This document shows positions 50,130-63,860 of a DNA stretch of 64,000 nt, piece by piece. Every line of letters starts with the position of its first letter. Position 1 is the first letter of the stretch. The notes below the pieces were generated by a model. That model was not told where the DNA came from. It was given only the letters and a program-made list of their open reading frames with translations, and did no database searches. Location: positions 9,610,001-9,674,000 of the forward strand of contig OZ024766.1 in assembly GCA_964016885.1 (NCBI GenBank), read 5' to 3'. This DNA is from Eledone cirrhosa (taxonomy: Eukaryota). The position numbers and the translations under genes were made by a program.

Positions 50130-53100
50130 TGTTTATATTTATCTAAACACCTTCCATCATAATTTCATGTAAGAACCTTTGTTAAGTTATGTTCCAAACA
50201 CGCCTGGTTCTATGACACAAAACTTTGTTTTAAAGTGTTTATATTTATCTAAACACCTTCCATCATAATTTTATGTAAGAACCTTTGTTAAGTTATGTTC
50301 CAAACACCTCTGGTTCTATGATACAAAACTGTTTTAAAGTGTTTATATTTATCTATAAACCTTCCATCATAATTTCATGTAAGAACCTTTGTTAAGCTAT
50401 GTTCCAAACACCTCTGGTTCTATGATATAAAACTGTTTTAAAGTGTTTATATTTATCTAAAAACCTTCCATCATAATTTTATGTAAGAACCTTTGTTAAG
50501 TTATGTTCCAAACACCCCTGGTTCTATGATATAAAACTGTTTTAAAGTGTTTATATTTATCTAAAAACCTTCCATCATAATTTCATGTAAGAACCTTTAT
50601 TAAGTTATGTTCCAAACACCAACAGTGTCTTTCATTAGAAATATGGTAAGGAAAGCGTTAAAATCTAAAAAAAATTTTCCTTTAAAATTTTATGTAAGAA
50701 CCTTTGTTAAGTAATGTTCCAAACACCCCTGGTTCTATGATACAAAACTGATTGTTTTAAAGTGTTTATATTTATCTAAAATCCTTCCATCAAAATTTTA
50801 TGTAAGAACCTTTATTAAGTTATGTTCCAAACACCAACAGTGTCTTTCATTAGAAATATGGTAAGGAAAGCGTTAAAATCTAAAAAAAATTTTCCATTAA
50901 AATTTTATGTAAGAACCTTTGTTAAGTTATGTTCCAAACAGCCCTGGTTCTATGATACAAAACTGATTGTTTTAAAGTGTTTATATTTATCTAAAAACCT
51001 TCCATCAAAATTTTATGTAAGAACCTTTGTTAAGTTATGTTCCAAACACCCCTGCTTCTATGATATAAAACTGTTTTAAAGTGTTTATATTTATCTAAAC
51101 ACCTTCCATCATAATTTTATGTAAGAACCTTTGTTAAGTTATGTTCCAAACACCCCTGGTTCTATGATATAAAACTGTTTTAAAGTGTTTATATTTATCT
51201 ATAAACCTTCCATCATAATTTCATGTAAGAACCTTTGTTAAGTTATGTTCCAAACACCTCTGGTTCTATGATATAAAACTGTTTTAAAGTGTTTATATTT
51301 ATCTAAAAACCTTCCATCATAATTTTATGTAAGAACCTTTGTTAAGTTATGTTCCAAACACCCCTGGTTCTATGATACAAAACTGTTTTAAAGTGTTTAT
51401 ATTTATCTATAAACCTTCCATCATAATTTTATGTAAGAACCTTTGTTAAGTTATGTTCCAAACACCCCTGGTTCTATGATATAAAACTGTTTTAAAGTGT
51501 TTATATTTATCTAAAAACCTTCCATCATAATTTCATGTAAGAACCTTTATTAAGTTATGTTCCAAACACCAACAGTGTCTTTCATTAGAAATATGGTAAG
51601 GAAAGCGTTAAAATCTAAAAAAAATTTTCCATTAAAATTTTATGTAAGAACCTTTGTTAAGTTATGTTCCAAACACCCCTGGTTCTATGATACAAAACTG
51701 ATTGTTTTAAAGTGTTTATATTTATCTAAAATCCTTCCATCAAAATTTTATGTAAGAACCTTTATTAAGTTATGTTCCAAACACCAACAGTGTCTTTCAT
51801 TAGAAATATGGTAAGGAAAGCGTTAAAATCTAAAAAAAATTTTCCATTAAAATTTTATGTAAGAACCTTTGTTAAGTTATGTTCCAAACAGCCCTGGTTC
51901 TATGATACAAAACTGATTGTTTTAAAGTGTTTATATTTATCTAAAAACCTTCCATCAAAATTTTATGTAAGAACCTTTGTTAAGTTATGTTCCAAACACC
52001 CCTGCTTCTATGATATAAAACTGTTTTAAAGTGTTTATATTTATCTAAACACCTTCCATCATAATTTTATGTAAGAACCTTTGTTAAGTTATGTTCCAAA
52101 CACCCCTGGTTCAATGATATAAAACTGTTTTAAAGTGTTTATATTTATCTATAAACCTTCCATCATAATTTCATGTAAGAACCTTTGTTAAGTTATGTTC
52201 CAAACACCTCTGGTTCTATGATATAAAACTGTTTTAAAGTGTTTATATTTATCTAAAAACCTTCCATCATAATTTTATGTAAGAACCTTTGTTAAGTTAT
52301 GTTCCAAACACCCCTGGTTCTATGATACAAAACTGTTTTAAAGTGTTTATATTTATCTATAAACCTTCCATCATAATTTCATGTAAGAACCTTTGTTAAG
52401 TTATGTTCCAAACACCCCTGGTTCTATGATATAAAACTGTTTTAAAGTGTTTATATTTATCTAAAAACCTTCCATCATAATTTCATGTAAGAACCTTTAT
52501 TAAGTTATGTTCCAAACACCAACAGTGTCTTTCATTAGAAATATGGTAAGGAAAGCGTTAAAATCTAAAAAAATTTTCCATTAAAATTTTATGTAAGAAC
52601 CTTTGTTAAGTTATGTTCCAAACAGCCCTAGTTCTATGATACAAAACTGATTGTTTTAAAGTGTTTATATTTATCTAAAAACCTTCCATCAAAATTTTAT
52701 GTAAGAACCTTTGTTAAGTTATGTTCCAAACACCCCTGCTTCTATGATATAAAACTGTTTTAAAGTGTTTATATTTATCTAAACACCTTCCATCATAATT
52801 TTATGTAAGAACCTTTGTTAAGTTATGTTCCAAACACCCCTGGTTCAATGATATAAAACTATGTTTTAAAGTGTTTATATTTATCTATAAACCTTCCATC
52901 ATAATTTTATGTAAGAACCTTTGTTAAGTTATGTTCCAAATACCATTTTAAAGTATTTATATATATCTAAAAACCTTTGTTAAGTTATGTTCCAAACACC
53001 ATCTTAAAGTCTTTATATTTATCTAAAAACTTCCTTCATGATTTCATATTTGATCCTCTGTTAAGTTATGTTCCAAACACGATTTTAAAGTGTTTATATT

Positions 53101-56100
53101 TATCTAAAACCCTTCCATCATAATTTAAAGTAACCACCTTTGTTAAGTTATGTTCCAAACACGATTTTAAAGTGTTTATATTTATCTAAAACCCTTCCAT
53201 CATAATTTTAAGTAAGCACCTTTGTTAAGTTATGTTCCAAACACGATTTTAAAGTGTTTATATTTATTTAAAACCCTTCCATCATAATTTTAAGTAAGCA
53301 CCTTTGTTAAGTTATGTTCCAAACACGATTTTAAAGTGTTTATATTTATCTAAAACCCTTCCATCATAATTTTAAGTAAGCACCTTTGTTAAGTTATGTT
53401 CCAAACACGATTTTAAAGTGTTTATATTTATCTAAAACCCTTCCATCATAATTTTATGTAACCACCTTTGTTAAGTTATGTTCCAAACACGATTTTAAAG
53501 TGTTTATATTTATCTAAAACCCTTTCATCATAATTTAAAGTAACCACCTTTGTTAAGTTATGTTCCAAACACGATTTTAAAGTGTTTATATTTATCTAAA
53601 CACTTTCCTTCATAATTTTAAGTAAGCACCTTTGTTAAGTTATGTTCCAAACACGATTTTAAAGTGTTTATATTTATCTAAAACCCTTCCATCATAATTT
53701 TATGTAACCACCTTTGTTAAGTTATGTTCCAAACACGATTTTAAAGTGTTTATATTTATCTAAAACCCTTCCATCATAATTTTATGTAACCACCTTTGTT
53801 AAGTTATGTTCCAAACACGATTTTAAAGTGTTTATATTTATCTAAAACCCTTCCATCATAATTTAAAGTAACCACCTTTGTTAAGTTATGTTCCAAACAT
53901 GATTTTAAAGTGTTTATATTTATCTAAACACTTTCCTTCATAATTTTAAGTAAGCACCTTTGTTAAGTTATGTTCCAAACACGATTTTAAAGTGTTTATA
54001 TTTATTTAAAACCCTTCCATCATAATTTAAAGTAAGCACCTTTGTTAAGTTATGTTCCAAACACGATTTTAAAGTGTTTATATTTATCTAAAACCCTTCC
54101 ATCATAATTTAAAGTAACCACCTTTGTTAAGTTATGTTCCAAACACGATTTTAAAGTGTTTATATTTATCTAAACACTTTCCTTCATAATTTTAAGTAAG
54201 CACCTTTGTTAAGTTATGTTCCAAACACGATTTTAAAGTGTTTAAATTTATCTAAACACTTTCCTTCATAATTTTAAGTAAGCACCTTTGTTAAGTTATG
54301 TTCCAAACACGATTTTAAAGTGTTTATATTTATTTAAAACCCTTCCATCATAATTTAAAGTAAGCACCTTTGTTAAGTTATGTTCCAAACACGATTTTAA
54401 AGTGTTTATATTTATCTAAAACCCTTCCATCATAATTTTAAGTAAGCACCTTTGTTAAGTTATGTTCCAAACACTATTTTAAAGTGTTTATATTTATCTA
54501 AAACCCTTCCATCATAATTTTATGTAACCACCTTTGTTAAGTTATGTTCCAAACACGATTTTAAAGTGTTTATATTTATCTAAAACCCTTCCATCATAAT
54601 TTTAAGTAAGCACCTTTGTTAAGTTATGTTCCAAACACGATTTTAAAGTGTTTATATTTATCTAAAACCCTTCTATCATAATTTTATGTAACCACCTTTG
54701 TTAAGTTATGTTCCAAACACGATTTTAAAGTGTTTATATTTATCTAAAACCCTTCCATCATAATTTAAAGTAACCACCTTTGTTAAGTTATGTTCCAAAC
54801 ACGATTTTAAAGTGTTTATATTTATCTAAACACTTTCCTTCATAATTTTAAGTAAGCACCTTTGTTAAGTTATGTTCCAAACACGATTTTAAAGTGTTTA
54901 TATTTATTTAAAACCCTTCCATCATAATTTAAAGTAAGCACCTTTGTTAAGTTATGTTCCAAACACGATTTTAAAGTGTTTATATTTATCTAAAACCCTT
55001 CCATCATAATTTAAAGTAACCACCTTTGTTAAGTTATGTTCCAAACACGATTTTAAAGTGTTTATATTTATCTAAACACTTTCCTTCATAATTTTAAGTA
55101 AGCACCTTTGTTAAGTTATGTTCCAAACACGATTTTAAAGTGTTTATATTTATCTAAACACTTTCCTTCATAATTTTAAGTAAGCACCTTTGTTAAGTTA
55201 TGTTCCAAACACGATTTTAAAGTGTTTATATTTATTTAAAACCCTTCCATCATAATTTAAAGTAAGCACCTTTGTTAAGTTATGTTCCAAACACGATTTT
55301 AAAGTGTTTATATTTATCTAAAACCCTTCCATCATAATTTAAAGTAACCACCTTTGTTAAGTTATGTTCCAAACACGATTTTAAAGTGTTTATATTTATC
55401 TAAAACCCTTCCATCATAATTTTAAGTAAGCACCTTTGTTAAGTTATGTTCCAAACACGATTTTAAAGTGTTCATATTTATCTAAAACCCTTCCATCATA
55501 ATTTTAAGTAAGCACCTTTGTTAAGTTATGTTCCAAACACGATTTTAAAGTGTTTATATTTATCTAAAACCCTTCCATCATAATTTTAAGTAACCACCTT
55601 TGTTAAGTTATGTTCCAAACACGATTTTAAAGTGTTTATATTTATCTAAAACCCTTCCATCATAATTTTAAGTAAGCACCTTTGTTAAGTTATGTTCCAA
55701 ACACGATTTTAAAGTGTTTATATTTATCTAAAACCCTTCCATCATAATTTTAAGTAAGCACCTTTGTTAAGTTATGTTCCAAACACGATTTTAAAGTGTT
55801 TATATTTATCTAAAACCCTTCCATCATAATTTAAAGTAACCACCTTTGTTAAGTTATGTTCCAAACACGATTTTAAAGTGTTTATATTTATCTAAACACT
55901 TTCCTTCATAATTTTAAGTAAGCACCTTTGTTAAGTTATGTTCCAAACACGATTTTAAAGTGTTTATATTTATTTAAAACCCTTCCATCATAATTTTAAG
56001 TAAGCACCTTTGTTAAGTTATGTTCCAAACACGATTTTAAAGTGTTTATATTTATCTAAAAACTTTCCTTCATGATTTCATATTTAATCCTCTGTTAAGT

Positions 56101-56742
56101 TATGTTCCAAACACGATTTTAAAGTGTTTATATTTATCTAAAACCCTTCCATCATAATTTTAAGTAAGCACCTTTGTTAAGTTATGTTCCAAACACGATT
56201 TTAAAGTGTTTATATTTATCTAAACACTTTCCTTCATGATTTCATATTTAATCCTCTGTTAAGTTATGTTCCAAACACGATTTTAAAGTGTTTATATTTA
56301 TCTAAACACCTTCCTTCATGATTTCATATTTAATCCTCTGTTAAGTTATGTTCCAAACACGATTTTAAAGTGTTTATATTTATCTAAAACCCTTCCATCA
56401 TAATTTTAAGTAAGCACCTTTGTTAAGTTATGTTCCAAACACGATTTTAAAGTGTTTATATTTATCTAAACACTTTCCTTCATGATTTCATATTTAATCC
56501 TCTGTTAAGTTATGTTCCAAACACGATTTTAAAGTGTTTATATTTATCTAAAACCCTTCCATCATAATTTTAAGTAAGCACCTTTGTTAAGTTATGTTCC
56601 AAACACTATTTTAAAGTGTTTATATTTATCTAAAACCCTTCCATCATAATTTTAAGTAACCACCTTTGTTAAGTTATGTTCCAAACACGATTTTAAAGTG
56701 TTTATATTTATCTAAAGCACCTTTGTTAAGTTATGTTCCAAA
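50130..56742. repeat. 6.6-kb AT-rich satellite filling PIGB intron 4: ~104-108-bp units with higher-order structure, then 82-bp units
   Basis: Shared core 'tgttaagttatgttccaaacac'; period 104 at 51132/51236 and 82 at 53141/53223. Confidence 0.95.
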
Positions 56743-56812
56743 CGTCCAGTTTAATAGTGAGAAAGTTAATCAGTGTTGTTTTCTTTCCTTCTTCTTTTCT
56801 CCTGCCCCGCAG

Positions 56813-57070
56813 TGGGACGTGCCTCACTCTGTCCATCGGAGTCGACTACCTCGGTTACGGCAGATTCGTGTTCGTTCAGTACAACTTCTTCAAATTTAAC
56901 GTCCTCTCGGGGCTGGGTTCCCACTACGGCTCGCACCCCTGGCACTGGTACTTGACGCAGGGCTACCCCGTTGTCATGGCGACACATCTGCTGCCCTTCG
57001 CTGTTGGGGTGTGGAAAGCCAGGAACAAATCCTTGTTTGCTATCATCCTCTGGACCCTTCTCATTTACAG
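56813..57070 (+). CDS. PIGB: PIGB coding exon 5 (258 nt)
   Basis: ccccgcag|T...AG|gtaagt; VQYNFFKFNVLSGLGSHYGSHPWHWYLTQGYPVV. Confidence 0.95.
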
Positions 57071-57120
57071 GTAAGTGTATATATATTCACATCTGCACAT
57101 ATATATATATATATATATGT

Positions 57121-59666
57121 GGAGGCACATGGCTTAGTGGTTAGAGCATTGGGCTTGCAATCGAAAGGTTGTGAGTTCAATTCTCAGACCGGGTGATGTG
57201 TTGTTTCTTTGAGCAAGACACTTTATTTCACATTGCTCCAGTTTACTCAGCTGTAGAAATGAGATGATAGGGACTGGGGTTCCTATCATTCCACTGTAAA
57301 GTGGTCGTGGAGGTGCCACAGCAAAAAAGCACTCGGCACTCACTGTAAAGTGGTCGTGGAGGTGCCACAGCAAAAAAGCACTCGGCACTCACTGTAAAGT
57401 GGTCGTGGAGGTGCCACGGCAAGAAAGCACCCAGCACTCACTGTAAAGTGGTCGTGGAGGTGCCACAGCAAAAAAGCACTCGGCACTCACTGTAAAGTGG
57501 TCGTGGAGGTGCCACAGCAAAAAAGCACCCAGCCCACACTGTAAAGTGGTCGTGGAGGTGCCACAGCAAAAAAGCACCCAGCCCACACTGTACAGTGGTC
57601 ATGGAGGTGCCACGTCAAAAAAGCACTCGGCACTCACTGTAAAGTGGTCGTGGAGGTGCCACAGCAAAAAAGCACCCAGCACTCACTGTAAAGTGGTCGT
57701 GGAGGTGCCACGGCAAAAAGCACCCAGCCCACACTGTAAAGTGGTCGTGGAGGTGCCACAGCAAAAAAGCACCCAGCACTCACTGTAAAGTGGTCGTGGA
57801 GGTGCCACAGCAAAAAAGCACCCAGCACTCACTGTAAAGTGGTCGTGGAGGTGCCACGGCAAAAAAGCACCCAGCACTCACTGTAAAGTGGTCGTGGAGG
57901 TGCCACGGCAAAAAAGCACCCAGCCCACACTGTAAAGTGGTCGTGGAGGTGCCACAGCAAAAAAGCACCCAGCCCACACTGTAAAGTGGTCGTGGAGGTG
58001 CCACAGCAAAAAAGCACCCAGCCCTCACTGTAAAGTGGTCGTGGAGGTGCCACAGCAAAAAAGCACCCAGCCCACACTGTAAAGTGGTCGTGGAGGTGCC
58101 ACAGCAAAAAAGCACCCAGCCCACACTGTACAGTGGTCATGGAGGTGCCACGTCAAAAAAGCACTCGGCACTCACTGTAAAGTGGTCGTGGAGGTGCCAC
58201 AGCAAAAAAGCACCCAGCACTCACTGTAAAGTGGTCGTGGAGGTGCCACGGCAAAAAAGCACCCAGCACTCACTGTAAAGTGGTCGTGGAGGTGCCACAG
58301 CAAAAAAGCACCCAGCCCACACTGTAAAGTGGTCGTGGAGGTGCCACAGCAAAAAAGCACCCAGCACTCACTGTAAAGTGGTCGTGGAGGTGCCACAGCA
58401 AAAAAGCACCCAGCACTCACTGTAAAGTGGTCGTGGAGGTGCCACGGCAAAAAAGCACCCAGCACTCACTGTAAAGTGGTCGTGGAGGTGCCACAGTAAA
58501 AAAGCACCCAGCCCACACTGTAAAGTGGTCGTGGAGGTGCCACAGCAAAAAAGCACCCAGCACTCACTGTAAAGTGGTCGTGGAGGTGCCACAGCAAAAA
58601 AGCACCCAGCACTCACTGTAAAGTGGTCGTGGAGGTGCCACGGCAAAAAAGCACCCAGCACTCACTGTAAAGTGGTCGTGGAGGTGCCACGGCAAAAAAG
58701 CACCCAGCCCACACTGTAAAGTGGTCGTGGAGGTGCCACAGCAAAAAAGCACCCAGCCCACACTGTAAAGTGGTCGTGGAGGTGCCACAGCAAAAAAGCA
58801 CCCAGCACTCACTGTAAAGTGGTCGTGGAGGTGCCACAGCAAAAAAGCACCCAGCACTCACTGTAAAGTGGTCGTGGAGGTGCCACAGCAAAAAAGCACC
58901 CAGCCGACACTGCAAAGTGGTCGTGGAGGTGCCACGGCAAAAAAGCACTCGGCACTCACTGTAAAGTGGACGTGTAGGCACCACGGCAAAAAAGCACCCA
59001 GCACTCACTGTAAAGTGGTCGTGGAGGTGCCACAGCAAAAAAGCACCCAGCACTCACTGTAAAGTGGTCGTGGAGGTGCCACAGCAAAAAAGCACCCAGC
59101 CGACACTGCAAAGTGGTCGTGGAGGTGCCACGGCAAAAAAGCACTCGGCACTCACTGTAAAGTGGACGTGTAGGCACCACGGCAAAAAAGCACCCAGCAC
59201 TCACTGTAAAGTGGTCGTGGAGGTGCCACAGCAAAAAAGCACCCAGCACTCACTGTAAAGTGGTCGTGGAGGTGCCACAGCAAAAAAGCACCCAGCACTC
59301 ACTGTAAAGTGGTCGTGGAGGTGCCACGGCAAAAAAGCACCCAGCACTCACTGTAAAGTGGTCGTGGAGGTGCCACGGCAAAAAAGCACCCAGCACTCAC
59401 TGTAAAGTGGTCGTGGAGGTGCCACGGCAAAAAAGCACCCAGCCCACACTGTAAAGTGGATGTGTAGGCACCACGGCAAAAAAGCACCCAGCACTCACTG
59501 TAAATGAGGTTGGTGTTAGGAAGGGCATCCAGCTGTAGAAATCAAGCCAGAATCAGTTCCCGTATGAGCAAGGCATGGTCAGCCGACCGGACACTGCCCA
59601 CAACAGGACAACCCCTCTAACCCATGTTAGCATGGAAGAACGGACCTAAAACGATGATGATGATGA
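57121..59666 (+). mobile_element. Single tRNA-SINE inflated to 2.5 kb by ~45 tandem copies of its internal 49-mer
   Basis: Intact head 57121-57290, array ~57290-59500, intact middle and (GAT)n tail to 59666. Confidence 0.92.
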
Positions 59667-60404
59667 TATATATATATAGTTATGTAATAAACAACATAAG
59701 ATAATTAATTCATTTACCAGTGGTTTCTTGAAGGCAGATATTTATATCTGTCTTCCGTTGTCAAAACGAATAAAATGGAATGTTTATTAAATATGGATTT
59801 GAAAACAAAATTTAGGAAATATGAAAGTGAGGCTGAAATCAAATAATGGGCAAAAAATTGAGGGGAAAAAATATATAAATAAATATCCAGAACATAAACA
59901 TACACACACTCAAACACGTGCTTATACATAACTGTTTCTGCATTAGGCACAAGGCCAGCAATTACCCAGTACGTTACTGGTACTTTATTTTATCGACCCC
60001 GTAAGGATGAAAGGCAAAGTCAACCTCGGCAGGATTTGAACTCAGAATGGCAAGGGCCGTAACTCTATGCGTCAAAGCATAGCGTCCGGCCCTCTACCGA
60101 TACTGCCAATCCACATATAATATATACAGGTTGGTCCGAAAGTCATGTCACCCCCTACCAAAAAGTAATGAGAAACAGTTTATGTTCCCATCGCAGTATC
60201 ATCCAAGCATCAAAGCATAGCGTTCGACCCTCTACCGATACTGCCAATCCACAGCCCTATACATGTGCTTATACATACTAGTACGTAAACCTATACATTC
60301 TCACATAAGTACATGTGTGTCTACATGGAAATACGAACACACATATAAACGTGTGATCTTTTGCTCACATATGCACACATACACACACACACATATATAT
60401 ATGT

Positions 60405-62565
60405 ATATATGATGTGCAATGTCAGTGTGCGTGAACGACCAAGCATAGATGAGTTGAGAGAGAAACTGTGTATAAGAGGGATAAGTTGTGGTGTGTAGGA
60501 GAGAAGACTGAGATGGTATGGACATGGGATGAGTTGAGAGAGAAACTGTGTATAAGAGGGATAAGTTGTGGTGTGTAGGAGAGAAGACTGCGCTGGTATG
60601 GACATGTGATAAGTTGTAGTGTGTGGGAGAGAAGACTGCGATGGTATGGACATGTGATGTGTTGAGAGAGAAACTGTGTATAAGAGGGATAAGTTGTAGT
60701 GTGTGGGAGAGAAGACTGAGATGGTATGGACATGTGATGTGTTGAGAGAGAAACTGTGTATAAGAGGGATAAGTTGTGGTGTGTAGGAGAGAAGACTGAG
60801 ATGGTATGGACATGGGATGAGTTGAGAGAGAAACTGTGTATAAGAGGGATAAGTTGTAGTGTGTAGGAGAGAAGACTGCGCTGGTATGGACATGTGATAA
60901 GTTGTAGTGTGTGGGAGAGAAGACTGCGATGGTATGGACATGTGATGTGTTGAGAGAGAAACTGTGTATAAGAGGGATAAGTTGTAGTGTGTGGGAGAGA
61001 AGACTGAGATGGTATGGACATGTGATGTGTTGAGAGAGAAACTGTGTATAAGAGGGATAAGTTGTGGTGTGTAGGAGAGAAGACTGAGATGGTATGGACA
61101 TGGGATGAGTTGAGAGAGAAACTGTGTATAAGAGGGATAAGTTGTAGTGTGTAGGAGAGAAGACTGAGATGGTATGGACATGTGATGAGTTGAGAGAGAA
61201 ACTGTGTATAAGAGGGATAAGTTGTGGTGTGTGGGAGAGAAGACTGAGATGGTATGGACATGTGATGTGTTGAGAGAGAAACTGTGTATAAGAGGGATAA
61301 GTTGTGGTGTGTGGGAGAGAAGACTGAGATGGTATGGACATGTGATGTGTTGAGAGAGAAACTGTGTATAAGAGGGATAAGTTGTGGTGTGTGGGAGAGA
61401 AGACTGAGATGGTATGGACATGTGATGTGTTGAGAGAGAAACTGTGTATTAGAGGGATAAGTTGTAGTGTGTGGGAGAGAAGACTGAGATGGTATGGACA
61501 TGTGATGTGTTGAGAGAGAAACTGTGTATAAGAGGGATAAGTTGTAGTGTGTAGGAGAGAAGACTGAGATGGTATGGACATGTGATGAGTTGAGAGAGAA
61601 ACTGTGTATAAGAGAGATAAGCTGTAGTGTGTAGGAGAGAAGACTGAGATAGTATGGACATGTGATGTGTTGAGAGAGAAACTGTGTACAAGAGGGATAA
61701 GCTGTAGTGTGTAGGAGAGAAGACTGAGATGGTATGGACATGTGATGTGTTGAGAGAGAAACAGTGTACAAGAGGGATAAGCTGTAGTGTGTGGGAGAGA
61801 AGACTGCGCTGGTATTGACATGTGATGTGTTGAGAGAGAAACAGTGTACAAGAGGGATAAGTTGTGGTGTGTAGGAGAGAAGACTGAGATGGTATGGACA
61901 TGTGATGTGTTGAGAGAGAAACAGTGTACAAGAGGGATAAGCTGTAGTGTGTAGGAGAGAAGACTGAGATGGTATGGACATGTGATGGGCATGGAGGATG
62001 ACCGCTGGGTAAAGAAGTGCCAAGAAATCCCAGTAGAAGGAAGACGTAGTAGAGGAAGACCACGAAAAACATGGGTGGAGGTGGTGAGAGTGAAACAGTG
62101 TATAAGAGGGATAAACTAGTGTGCAGGAGAGAAGACTGAGATGGTATGGACATGTGATGCGCATGGAGGATGACCGCTGGGTAAAGAAGTGCCAAGAAAT
62201 CCCAGTAGAAGGAAGACGTAGTAGAGGAAGACCACGAAAAACATGGGTGGAGGTGGTGAGAGTGAAACAGTGTATAAGAGGGATAAACTAGTGTGCAGGA
62301 GAGAAGACTGAGATGGTATGGACATGTGATGCGCATGGAGGATGACCGCTGGGTAAAGAAGTGCCAAGAAATCCCAGTAGAAGGAAGACGAAGGAGAGGA
62401 AGACCACGAAAAACATGGGTGGAGGTGGTGAGAGCAGACCTCAGATCGCTGAAACTCACCGAGAAGATGACGAAGGACCGTGACAAGTGGAGAGATGCTG
62501 TGCTAAATAGGACCCGTCCCACCTTTGCAAGCAGGGAAAAGCGGACATAAAATGATGATGATGAT
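60405..62565 (+). mobile_element. RTE LINE 3' end with internal tandem amplification (80-, 49- and ~178-bp units)
   Basis: Units encode ELREKLCIRGI...ERRLRWYGHV; final copy QERRLRWYGHVMRM...RGRPRKTW...REKRT* followed by (GAT)n. Confidence 0.9.
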
Positions 62566-62584
62566 ATATATTAATATAATCGTA

Positions 62585-63808
62585 TACAGAGTGGACTGGG
62601 TGTATTTTATTGTGACACCAACACTACCACATTACAGAGTGTACTGGGTGTGTTTTATCATGACACCACCACTACCACTTTACAGAGTGTACTGGGTGTA
62701 TTATATCATGACACCAACACTACCACATTACAGAATGTACTGGGTGGGTTTTATCATGACACCACCACTACCACTTTACAGAGTGTACTGGGTGTCTTTT
62801 ATCATGACACCAACACTACCACTTTACAGAGTGTACTGGGTGTATTTTATCATGACACCAACACTACTACTTTACAGAGTGTACTGGGTGTATTTTATCA
62901 TGACACCAACACTACCATTTTACAGAGTGTACTGGGTGTATTTGATCACTTTACAGAGTGTACTGGGTGTATTTTATCATGACACCAACACTACCACTTT
63001 ACAGAGTGTACTGGGTGTATTTGATCACTTTACAGAGTGTACTGGGTGTATTTTATCATGACACCAACATTACCACATTACAGAGTGTACTGGGTGTATT
63101 TGATCACTTTACAGAGTGTACTGGGTGTATTTTATCATGACACCAACACTACCACTTTACAGAGTGTACTGGGTGTATTTGATCACTTTACAGAGTGTAC
63201 TGGGTGTATTTGATCACTTTACAGAGTGTACTGGGTGTATTTTATCATGACACCAACACGACCACTTTACAGAGTGTACTGGGTGTATTTTATCATGACA
63301 CCAACACTACCACATTACAGAGTGTACTGGGAGTATTTGATCACTTTACAGAGTGTACTGGGTGTATTTGATCACTTTACAGAATGTACTGGGTGTATTT
63401 GATCACTTTACAGAGTGTACTTGGTGTATTTGATCACTTTACAGAGTGTACTTGGTGTATTTGATCACTTTACAGAGTGTACTGGGTGTATTTGATCACT
63501 TTACAGAGTGTACTTGGTGTATTTTATCACTTTACAGAGTGTACTTGGTGTATTTTATCACTTTACAGAGTGTACTGGGTGTATTTGATCACTTTACAGA
63601 GTGTACTTGGTGTATTTTATCACTTTACAGAGTGTACTTGGTGTATTTTATCACTTTACAGGGTGTACTTGGTGTATTTTATCACTTTACAGAGTGTACT
63701 GGGTGTATTTGATCACTTTACAGAGTGTACTTGGTGTATTTTATCACTTTACAGAGTGTACTGGGTGTATTTGATCACTTTACAGAGTGTACTTGGTGTA
63801 TTTTATCC
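62585..63808. repeat. 48-bp grading into 31-bp minisatellite, distantly related to the SINE 49-mer
   Basis: 'tttacagagtgtactgggtgtattt' core versus SINE reverse 'tttacagtgagtgctgggtgcttttt'. Confidence 0.88.
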
Positions 63809-63860
63809 TGCTGTTGTCTCACATTCTGTTAATTTCTCTCTCTCTGTCTTCTTTTTCCAG

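Noticed and set aside
60301-62522. 560-580-aa minus-strand ORFs
   Set aside because: Antisense of the RTE-derived satellite
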